A stretch of 63,665 nt of DNA, filler included, from Klebsormidium nitens (lineage: Eukaryota; Plantae; Klebsormidiophyceae), in NCBI GenBank assembly GCA_000708835.1. It is 5 parts of 5 records of this genome, joined end to end, with 100 filler letters (N's around TTAATTAATTAA, not from the genome) between each part and the next. Parts side by side here need not be neighbours in the genome. Positions count along the whole stretch, not along the records: positions 23,800 to 38,585 come from DF238047.1; positions 38,686 to 44,812 come from DF237145.1; positions 44,913 to 58,925 come from DF238053.1; 2 more parts are not named here. One strand, 5' to 3'. Numbering within the stretch: the first letter of the stretch is position 1; each line of letters begins with the position of its first letter. Under the pieces are notes generated by a model that was not told where the DNA came from, ran no database searches, and saw only the letters and a list, made by a program, of their open reading frames with translations. The position numbers and the translations under genes were made by a program. Shown here in pieces: positions 34,855-45,325 of this stretch.

Positions 34855-37727
34855 CTAAGACGAGCACGAAACGCATCCTTCCTCCATACTACATGCGGGC
34901 GCGTCCGCATCCGCATCCGCGGTGCCCTTGTCGCTCTCCACGGTGAACTTGGTCGCAGTCGACGCCGGGCGGGTCCTCATGTAATAGCACACCGTCTTCA
35001 GCCCCTGCTTCCATCCGTATATGAGCATGTTGCTGAGCTTCTTCAGGTTGGGCTCCCTCTGGTAGAGGTTCAGGCTCGCGCTCTGGCACACGAATGGCGC
35101 CCTGTCCCGCATCATGTCGATGTATGCCTTCATCGGTACCTCCCACGTCGTCTTGTAGAGAGACCGCAGGCTCGAGGGGATGCGCTCGATGCCCTGAACG
35201 GAGCCCTCGTCCCGGACCAGCTCCTGCTTCAGGTCCGGAGTCCAGAGGCGGGACCGGACGAGGTCGCGCAGCAACCAGCGATTGATGACCATGAACTCCC
35301 CGGACAGAGTCCTCCGGCTGTACATGAACGACGTGGGCAGCTCGAATGACTCCGTGTTCTGCAGGAGCTGCGAGGTGCTGGCGGTGGGCATGAGCGCCAT
35401 CGACGTGCTGTTGCGCAGCCCACTCTCCTTCACCCTCTCCCTCAGCCTCACCCAGTCGTACTCCGACGCGCCGGGCTCCACGCCCCACAGGTCGAACTGC
35501 AGCTTGCCCTCACTGGCGGGGGAGCCGGCAAACGACGAGTAAGGGCCGTAGACCTCGGCGAGCTCCACGCTGGCCAGCACGGCTGCATGATACATAGTCT
35601 CGAAGATCCGCACGTTGACCTCCCTCGCGCCCGAGGACTCGAACGGCAGCCGCAGCGCATACAGCACGTCGCAGAAGCCCTGGACGCCGATGCCGATCGG
35701 GCGGTGCCGCTTGCTGCTCGCTTCGCACTCATGCGTCGGGTAGATTGTGGTGTCGATCACCCGGTCCAGGTTCTTGGCCACGGCCATCGTGACCGAGTGG
35801 AGCTCCGCGTAGTCCATGTACGCGGGCGATCCGGGGCCGTCCTCGTACTTCACGAACCTGCTCAGCGCCACCGACGCAAGCACGCACACCGCCGTCTCCT
35901 CCGCATCGGAGTAGAGCGTCACCTCGTTGCACAGGTTCGAGTTCTTGATGGTCCCCAGATTCTTCTGGCCACTCTTCGCGTTCACGGCGTCCTTGGCGGA
36001 GATGTAGGGCGTCCCGGTCTCGATCATGGACCGCAGGATCAAGTCCCACAGCTGACGCGCCTTCATCTTGCGCCGGGCGATGCCTCGCTCCTCGTACTCT
36101 CGGTACAGCCGCACGAAGTCGTCACCGCACGCGTCGCTGAGCCCCTGCGCCTCGTTAGGGCACATGAGCGACCAGTCCTCGTCCGCCAGCACCCTCCGGA
36201 AGAACTCGTCGGGCACCCAAAGCGCCGTGAACAGGTCCCTCGCTCTCGCCTCCTCCTTGCCCGCGTTCTTGCGGATGTCCAAGAACTCCACGATGTCGCC
36301 GTGCCAGGGCTCCATGAAGACCGCCACCGCGCCCTTGCGCACCCCCGCCTGGTCCACGTGACGAGCCGTCTCGTTCAAGACGCGCAGGAAGGGCACGAGC
36401 CCCTTGGAGGTGCCCCCGCTGCCCCTGATGTAGCTGCCCTTGGCGCGCACGAGGCTGCAGTTCGTCCCGATACCCCCCGCCATCTTGCTGATCTGCGCCA
36501 CGTGCTTGACCAGGTCGTACATGCCGTCGATGCTGTCTCGCTCGGCCGTGTCGATCTGATTCAACAGCATGCAAGACGAGAGCTGAGGCATCCGCGTGCC
36601 CGCATTGAATAACGTTGGCGTTGCGTGCGTGTAAAAACGGTCGGACATCAGCCCGTACGTCTCGAGCGTCTTCTTCAGATTCAGCAACTCGCCGCGCGCG
36701 CTGTTGATCCAAGCCGCGACCCGCATCAGCATGTGCTGAGGACGCTCCCGGATCACGCCGCCCTGGGCCTTCAGGAGGTACATCTTCTCGAGCGTCTTGA
36801 TCCCAAAGTAGTCGTAGTTGTAGTCCCTGGTGTAGTCGATCGCCTCCTCCAGCACCTCCAGGAGCGCCTCCTCCTCGGTCAGCATGGCGTAGAAGCGCGC
36901 GTCGAGCCTCCCCTCCAACTCCCTCACGGACCCCCCGAAGGTAGACGTCGTCGTCTTGTGCAGGTTGCTCACGACGATTCGCGAGGCCAAGACGCCGTAC
37001 TCTGGATGGAGGCTCTGCATGGCCGCCGCCTCCTCGGAAGCCAGCTTGTCGAGCTCCACCGTGGTGATGCCATCGTAGATCCCGGCGCAGACCTTCTGCG
37101 CGACCTTGTGCGGGTTCACCCCCTTCAACGGTGCACCCGTGCACAGAGGGTCGTCGTCCACGACGCAGTCTCTCGACTCTCGGGACCGACGGGGGTACGG
37201 CTGGAATNNNNNNNNNNNNNNNNNNNNNNNNNNNNNNNNNNNNNNNNNNNNNNNNNNNNNNNNNNNNNNNNNNNNNNNNNNNNNNNNNNNNNNNNNNNNN
37301 NNNNNNNNNNNNNNNNNNNTGTCAGCATGGCGTGGAAGCGCGCGTCGAGCCTCCCCTCCAACGCCCTCACGGACCCCCCGAAGGTAGACGGCGTCGTCTT
37401 GTGCAGGTTGCTCACGACGATTCGCGAGGCCAAGACGCCGTACTCTGGATGGAGGCTCTGCATGGCCGCCGCCTCCTCGGAAGCCAGCTTGTCGAGCTCC
37501 ACCGTGGTGATGCCGTCGTAGATCCCGGCGCATACCTTCTGCGCGACCTTGTGCGGGTTCACCCCCTTCAACGGTGCACCGGTGCACAGAGGGTCGTCGC
37601 AGTCTCTCGACTCTCGGGACCGACGGGGGTACGGCTGGAACGGATCTTCCGACAGCTTGATGAGCCTCTCGGAGATCTTGTCGAAGCTCATCAGCTCCTT
37701 GCCACCACTGCGCTTGACCACAAACAT
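34855..37727 (-). CDS. RNR1: Class Ia ribonucleotide reductase large subunit, intronless, probably viral; about 325 bp is represented twice around an N gap
   Basis: ATP cone MFVVKRSG, THATPTLFNAG, QLSSC, NSNLCNE, VCVLAS, PTASTS, CYY dyad, C-terminal CVSCSS. Confidence 0.96.
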
Positions 37728-37942
37728 GTTTGCCGACGGATCGAACGCTGCCACGGCCACGCCGTTCAGTCTCGAGAGATCCAAAGAATGAGACTGCTGG
37801 GTGTGCCTCCCGAAGCTTTTATACCCCCGAGAAAGCAACTTAACGACATCAAGTCCCTTATCCGACTTTTGTCTCGTCATACCCATCCGCTTGAAACTCA
37901 TCCGAGCGATTATCAGACGGCCGAGAAACTTTTGTCGACCGC

Positions 37943-38575
37943 CTACGCGGCCCCACGCTCCTCGACGGGGCCACCATGATCAGCCTTCATCTGCGCGTGC
38001 ATGCTCTCGAACATTCGAGGCAAGTCCCACAGCGCGAGGGACACCTTGACGGGTACCGTCCGCTCCGCCGCTTCGTTTGCCAACCAGCTCTCCCTCGTCG
38101 ACCACACGCCGAAGGTAGTCGACACCTCGTACAGGATGCTGTCGGGCAACTTCCTCACGCTGAGTTCTCTTTCGGACAAGACGGCATACCCCGCGCCACC
38201 GACCGACGGCTTCTCTGGTGCCTCTGAAGCCACGTCCGCGACCGAGTCGGGCACGGCCGAGATGGTCACCTGCGCCGCCGTCTCCCCGTCGGGGCCCGCA
38301 AAGCGTTGGATCGACACCTGCGTCCGGTGCATCATCGGAGGCAACTCATCCGGGTCCCCGTGATGCACCCTTCCGCTCATGGGAGACGGTTGCTCGCCCT
38401 CGCCGCCGGAAGACACCGGTATGACCACCACCGCGACGTCGTCGGTGATCAAAATCGCACCCTCCGTCGACTCTCCCTCCGTCGCGGCAGCCCAGCTCTC
38501 CACCGCCGGGTCTTCCGTGGGCCCTCCCAAAAGCGCGTCCGCATAGGTCCTGCCCTCCCTCACGCCCTCAGACAC
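37943..38575 (-). CDS. Acidic hypothetical protein upstream of RNR, open into the gap
   Basis: 210-codon GC-rich intronless ORF on the same strand as RNR. Confidence 0.45.
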   Translation of the reverse strand: MSEGVREGRTYADALLGGPTEDPAVESWAAATEGESTEGAILITDDVAVVVIPVSSGGEGEQPSPMSGRVHHGDPDELPPMMHRTQVSIQRFAGPDGETAAQVTISAVPDSVADVASEAPEKPSVGGAGYAVLSERELSVRKLPDSILYEVSTTFGVWSTRESWLANEAAERTVPVKVSLALWDLPRMFESMHAQMKADHGGPVEERGAA

Positions 38576-39224
38576 GTCTGCCTCGNNNNNNNNNNNNNNN
38601 NNNNNNNNNNNNNNNNNNNNNNNNNNNNNTTAATTAATTAANNNNNNNNNNNNNNNNNNNNNNNNNNNNNNNNNNNNNNNNNNNNTTTGGTTAAGTTTCG
38701 GGCCTTTCGTAATCCGAAACGTGACCTAGGGTTCTGCAGGCGGTTTGAATGCCATACTTCTACCGCCACGTGGACGGTTTTTGAGGTTGCCCATCATTCG
38801 TCGATTGAAATTTAGGCGGTGGCCGGCCGCGCGGTGGGAAGCCTCTAGCGTGAGAAATAGGGTTTGCTTGCGAGCGCTGAGCTGTGTGAAAGGCTGCATT
38901 CTCTGTGCGCTGTGTACATTATACATGATAATTAGGTACATGGTAGAAAGCTTGGCTCGGATTGCAGCCCATTGCGTGAGCGAGCTGGCGCGAGTGCTCG
39001 CTGATTACAACCCAGCTGGAAACGTTCAAAAAAGTCTTAAATTGTGGCAGTGGTTCAAAGACAGAGTCCTTCAGGTTCCGCAGCTCAGCCCTTGAATCAC
39101 TGGCAAAGTATTAGTACAGGGTGTTGGTAGCAATTTAGCACAAGCATTTTTTGCCAGTGGCATATCCTGTGTGTGCAGTCCTTTGGTATGAGCGGGCAGC
39201 TCGTTAGGGGATCTTGGAGAGCAG

Positions 39225-42200
39225 ATGGAAGCCTGCTTCCATTCAAGCAACATTGTACGTTTGCTTCTTGTGCTTCTGGCTGCAACAAGCTCAATTACAC
39301 AGGCCGAGCTCCTTGATGATCAATCTGAACAACTCAACGCACAGTCTTCTGATGCAAACCACCACTTTGAGATTCCAGCTGCGTCTTACACTGCACGGGG
39401 CGTCATCTCTGAGCAATCGCACGCCAGCCGGACTCACAAGATTAGTGGTGAGGAAGAAAGGCAGGAGGTAGTGGTGGAGGTAAAGGAGCTCACAAGTGGG
39501 GTGTGTTGCACTGCAAGAGCCGATGGATCACCAAGTGGTGGAGCTGATGCCGCTGACAGAGTCCCACAACAGGCAGAGCCTTGTGAGGCTGGGGTGTATA
39601 TGCCTAGCGAAGATTTGCACTCTAGTCAGAGCACTCAAAGTGGCACCACTTCGGACTCCCTGCCCTTACAGGTTGAGGAGCCCTTTGGGGCTGCCCTCAC
39701 GCAGAAGCAAGAAGCGGCGGAGCCTACATTCAAGCTGGAGAACAAGGGTGATGCAAAAGCTGATGTTCTCTTGTTAGATGGAAACTCAGCTGACCAATCT
39801 CGTGAGGATGATCAGACACTTTGGAAGGCGTCAAGCTGGCACTTTGTTAAGGGAAGGGACACAGAGGTAGTTGAGAAGGATGTAGAAGGAAAGTCTAATC
39901 ACCATGAATCCAACTGGCAGTTGGTGCCGGATAGAATCCCCAGAAGCAGCAACAAGACACCTGCAAGTGACACTGCATACACTATTGCGCTTGGCAAGTC
40001 TAGCGAACTCCTGCCGGATGTCATCTTGTCCTCAAGGCAGACAAGGGGTCTACTGGCCACAGAGAAGACGGTGGCAAGCTACAGCGAATTGACAAATGGG
40101 GTGAATACCAATGGGTACGCTACTTTGAGATTGATAGCCTCGTTTGCAATCACAGGGATGGTCAGTATCAGCAGGAATCTGACCATCAAAAGCGACACCT
40201 CTCTTTGCGGTGGGCGTTGCACGATATCTGGAAGCGTAAGTTGCACTCTTACACTTACCTTAATGCATCCCACGACAGAGCCATTGCTTAACCCGCTGAA
40301 CCTGACAGTTGCGGTGCTGGCAATAACACCGACAAAGTGTACTTACCTCTCAGTAGAGGTCTTTTTGGAGCATTTGACCTAGCAGTGTCATTTAAGCAGC
40401 ATTATCAGTCGGTGCACTTGTTGTTCTCCATGAGTCTACTCTGCGTGTCAGAGTGGCTGACACCAATCTCAAGAAGGCACAGGATCAATCTACTGTCTTA
40501 TAATCCACTAGTTGACTATCTCGTTCTCTTGCTTCTGCTGCGGACATCGGTTGACACCGCACGGCCCTGGAAAGCTCAGGCCTGTAGCTTCGCAATCCTT
40601 TTTGCAGAAAAGCTACCAAATCTTCCAGCTCTCTGGTTCGATTACTGTTACCTTCCAAGACCTGATTCTCTCCTCTGGGTACGGAGTGGGGAACAGCGAT
40701 GCAGGAGCCATCCTTACTTATGGAGGTGAGTCCGTTCATATTGCCCTACAAGCGATTGTGGAGAAAGCACGTGGCACCTCCGCTCAGGTTCCTTCTTTTA
40801 TCAACTGCCAAAGAGTCTCAGGATGAGGTCTCTACGATCCTGAGGGTGCGGTGCAGAAGACAAGTACTCGCTTCAAAGGAAAAAGCTGCAAGCAAGCTCC
40901 AGAGCATCTGAAAGCAGGGAGGGCCGATTTGCAGCAGCAGTGACTCAAAAAATGTAGGCATGTTGTCCACGCTGGCAGTGTCTTCAACCGAAAGATTCCA
41001 TACACGAATATGCACTGCCGACCAGGGCAGTCCCCTAGCTGGACGGGATTGTGGATAAGGATAAAGTTTAATACCTATCAGAGCTATAAGACACTCCCGG
41101 CGAACGGGTGGGGTTGGTATGGTGGTTAGGGTGGGTTTGGGTGCGGAGAGTCATGTCTGTAGTTTAGGGTTTTAACTTACGTTGGTGCCCCGGGTACTTC
41201 CTTATAGGTATTAGATCCTTATAGGTATTAAGCTTGATGAGTATGGATGGATTGTGGACGAGACATGCGTCCGTTTCGACGTGTCATTATGCACCTTCTA
41301 CTCAAGGCAACAAGCTCCCGTCTGCATGCCACGAGTAGGACCGAATCTGACACATTGGCCGACATCAAAAGCCGCTCAACCACAGTCCCATCGATCAAAC
41401 TCTAAAAAAAACTCTTTTCGGGCTCCTTCTGGGAAAAGACAGGACGGTTTCCGTTTTCTGATTCGTTCGCATCCGTCGATGCTTCTTGCAGCTGCCTCCG
41501 CCTCCTTCACCAACGTAAACTTCACCGGAAACGCTGGGCAGGTGAGCCCTTCTTCTCTGTGCATTTTCTTTGCGCATCAAAGCAACGCCGTAGTAGGCTA
41601 CTCTGGAGCAGCACTGAGTCGGCGGGGATATGAAGACGGGATCCAAATCGGGTTGACGGGCCTATGGTAGCTCAAGGGGTGGAAGTGAGGAGTGTAGATC
41701 AAAGGAGGGATGTCGCTCAGAAAGATGAGGTAAGACTGGTGCGCCCTATATGATTTCGAGTTCCAGACGGGCAATGTTCGTTCCGATTTCGGACGGGTAA
41801 AACCAGGGTTTCACTGTGAAGCTGCTGTCTGTTCGACAGCTTTTTCGTCGCAAATCGAAACTCGGCATGATGACGTGGTCTCTTTTCAATCTGGCAATAA
41901 AATGGTCTTGGATCGACTGCAGCTTCACTGAGTGAAACCCTGGGTTTACCCGTTCGAAAATTTGGATTGAACATTGCCCGTCTGGAATCAAATTCATCCG
42001 AAATAGGACGCACCAGTCTCGTAAGACAAGGGTTCGAGAAGACGTGAGCTTTTGAGCGGCTCATCTGGTCGCCTAAGTTCTTGCTGTTAGTGGCCTAGGG
42101 TCTCAATCGTTCTGCGAGAACGAGAGACGTGACTCGAGACGTTTGTCAGAAATATTGACGTTGAGTCATGATGCATGGTGACTGATGAAGAGAACACCGC

Positions 42201-43355
42201 ACTGCCTTGATATCCGCAATCAGGATACCGGCGGACCCAACCCTTCACCAATACGACACGACCTGAGCTCGCACGATAGAGCTCGTCTCGCCAGAAAGCT
42301 CCTCGATTGGATTCACTAAAGAAGCTATGCAAATAGTCTGCAAACGAGTCTGTGTTTGCAATACTTCCTGGAATACACTTAAGCTGGTTGTTGCAGTGGT
42401 AGGACGGAAGGCAAAGATCAGCCACAAACTTTTTTGTATTCACAAGACAACTGCTCTTTGACGTATGCTGCGAACTAACCATTGACAACACGACCCCACT
42501 CCTTAGGCCGGGGCTTTTTATCTTGTTGATAAATCAATTCTTTTCGTCGGTGCATGCGCTCTAATCCGAGTCCAATCCTTGCAGAGAACAGCAGGGGCCG
42601 TGAACCTAGGTGGCTCGGGTTATCTTGGTTTTTTCTACTGCTCGTTTGAGGGCAATACGTGTTCGGTGAGTCTTCTACTTTTATTGGTTTTACTTCATTC
42701 GTAAGCTTTCGTAAGAGAAGCTCTCGTTCAAACAGAGAAGACCTGAGCACCTCATCAAGATGGTTAACCAGACTAGTATTTGCTTTATTATCCCCTCCTT
42801 ATCCCTGAACGCTGCTCTCAACTTAGCGGGAATTCCTGAGAGGGTCTTTTTGTCACGCGAAGTGTCGCCCCTTAGAAGCCCCGTCTTTGTTAGCGGCCGA
42901 AGGCATCTGAAAGAAAGATGACGAGAGAAAGCCGTTGTCGCAGCAGCGACATTCGCCTCGTTTCACTCATTGTCTAAGACCTGTCAATCCGATTCTCGGT
43001 TAACCGCTCACCTTCCTTCGGCTGCTCCCCGGAATCCCGGGGATACTCACGTCGGAAATGCAACCTACGCGATCACTCACTCTAGTTTGTCCATGTTTAG
43101 TGCGCAGGCCTCTCGTATCCGATCTTCATTAGTTCATTCTCGTCTCGAGTCCCTTCTGAATCTCGCTTCCGTTGCGACTGATTCATTCCGTTCCAATCAA
43201 TCCGTTCCGTTGCGACTGATTTGTTCCGCTGTCCAGAGCGCCATTCTCAACTCGCTGTGCACGGGAGCTGCCCTGAGCATCACTGGTGGCGGCGGGAAAG
43301 CTCTCTTTTGGCGGTGCACGTTTTCCAACAACATCGGCGGAATTGCCAGCCTGGT
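39225..43355 (+). pseudogene. Secreted pectin-lyase-fold/beta-helix protein gene, probably disrupted
   Basis: Signal peptide, long low-complexity exon, then small exons LILSSGYG...AGAILTYGG and GAALSI...CTFSNN; frames are inconsistent between exons. Confidence 0.55.
41730..42025. repeat. Imperfect inverted repeat, about 100-bp arms and 80-bp loop
   Basis: AGACTGGTGCG..TTCCAGACGGGCAATGTTC..ACGGGTAAA..CAGGGTTTCACT..GTGAAGCTGC is mirrored at 41915-42025. Confidence 0.8.
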
Positions 43356-44924
43356 AAGATACTTTCAAGACCGTCAAAAGTCCGGATATTTCAAAGACTC
43401 GACACCTCCAAACCCTAGGTTGCTAGCCCGTCCATCTTGTGCCTGCAAACGCTTTGCCGCTTCTCCGACTCCTCTTCTCGGAACATAATGAGGTGCGTCT
43501 TTCCCTGCAGAGCGAATGACCGCTACTGTGCAATGGATGCCCGTTGGCATTGACCATACCCTTCTCATTTGTATCAGAGCGTTAACGACCTAATACTTTC
43601 CTCGTCTGAAAGGACCATCGTTCCGTCCCTTTCAGAGCAGCGGAACTGCGGAAGACCTGGCGATCGACACGAGTAGCTCAAATCCAACCATCTACATCTG
43701 CCCCTCTACGACCTCAGTGGTAAGCCTTAGCCAGATTCAATGGCTTGGATATCTGGTAAGAATGCAAGATCGTATGGTCCAGAATCGTGTGGTTCTTATG
43801 AATGGATTTGAGCAGAATCAAACCATATTCTCATCATCTCACTGCTCAGAAGCAATCAGGTCCTGTGCTACATGCACATATGAGGTGTCTACGTGATGCT
43901 GGAGCACGGAAATTGTCTATGTTTGGAAATTTCTTTCATACGCAAGTGACCATTGTTCTTGCAGATCATCGGCAACAATGCGGGGAACGTCGTCTATCAG
44001 CGTGAGTCAAAGAAACCCCTCTTATTCGCAGCTTTACCAACAAGTGCGAAGTCCAAGAACGATCTACGGAGGCAGAACCTCTGCTAGTGACTCGACCCAG
44101 AGTCACTGAAGCGATCCATGCTCTGCTGACTTCTGAAAGTATAGCCCGCAGCGTATCAATCCGTACGTTCTGAATCTTCAGCTATTTCAGCCAAGTTGAT
44201 GCTACTCTCTGGTTGATACAGCGTAGGCAGCCTGTTGGAACACATTTGTTTTTAACATCAACTGTCAGAAGGTGGGAACATTCGGACTTGGGGCCCGATC
44301 ATCTTGGAACCAAACAATTGGAGAAGAACCAGGAGGATTTCGTTACCTCACAGCTTTCTGTGCAATTTGGCGTGTCTTCTTCGCTTTATCCGTGCCAAAA
44401 AAGGATGGCTGCCAAGCGGAGAGGGCGCGTCCAACACGCATGTTTAGGGCACGCCAGGATGAGATTCTGCTTGTCCCGAAGAGTCTGAGATTCTGACTGC
44501 GAGCGCAGACTTGATCTGGCTCCTATCCTGGTCTGAAGAACATCAAAGCCGCCTCTGCTGCTCCGTTCTCCTCCTGAATAAAGCGTTTAAGTCATCACCT
44601 CACCGCATCTCTCAAACTTGAAGCGAAGTTCGAGTAGCGGGCAACTAAAGAGCGTCGCACCGACATACCAGACGATTCTGTCATCTCTTGATAGCCCCTA
44701 AGCTTCTGAATTCCGGTGCGTGGCCAATGAACATAGCCTCTCGCGCCTCGATGTTAACCGAACTCTGTTGTTGGTGCAGCGGCAACCTCGTGTCCCCTCC
44801 CCCCCCCGCCTCNNNNNNNNNNNNNNNNNNNNNNNNNNNNNNNNNNNNNNNNNNNNTTAATTAATTAANNNNNNNNNNNNNNNNNNNNNNNNNNNNNNNN
44901 NNNNNNNNNNNNACGGTATTTTTA

Positions 44925-44929
<5 letters not shown>

Positions 44930-44960
<31 letters not shown>
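44930..44960 (+). repeat. Poly(A) run at a contig start, possible retroposon tail
   Basis: 31 consecutive A. Confidence 0.5.
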
Positions 44961-44964
<4 letters not shown>

Positions 44965-45325
44965 TTCAAGCTTTCTCCCCTGTGCTAAAGCAACAAGAGA
45001 GCTTTCATGGTTTTGCATTCATCTGGGTCTGTGAATTTGTTCACGGCATAAAGGAGGCACCTTTGGGTATGCCTAGCACTTGCACGCTTCCCACAAGAGT
45101 TCCCCCATGTCATTCCTGATCCTACGTGCCCTGATCTTGCAGGAATCTATATATGCGCTCATTGGCCCTCACCACATTGCTAAGTGTTGCGGGCAGGCCT
45201 GATGACCTTGCCTCAATTAGCAGGCTGCCCAACTAGCTTCGACCCACAGAAGTCTGAATCCTGTAAACGGTGCTAGGGCCTCCGCAGAGCCTGTCTATCA
45301 GAACCTGCTGAGGGCTGGCCCAATC

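Noticed and set aside
35587-37521. Long antisense and alternate-frame ORFs over RNR (also over RNase III and the coiled-coil gene)
   Set aside because: Shadow ORFs caused by high-GC codon bias.
41100-41180. Telomere-like GT-rich tract with TTTAGGG
   Set aside because: Only a single canonical unit, no array.
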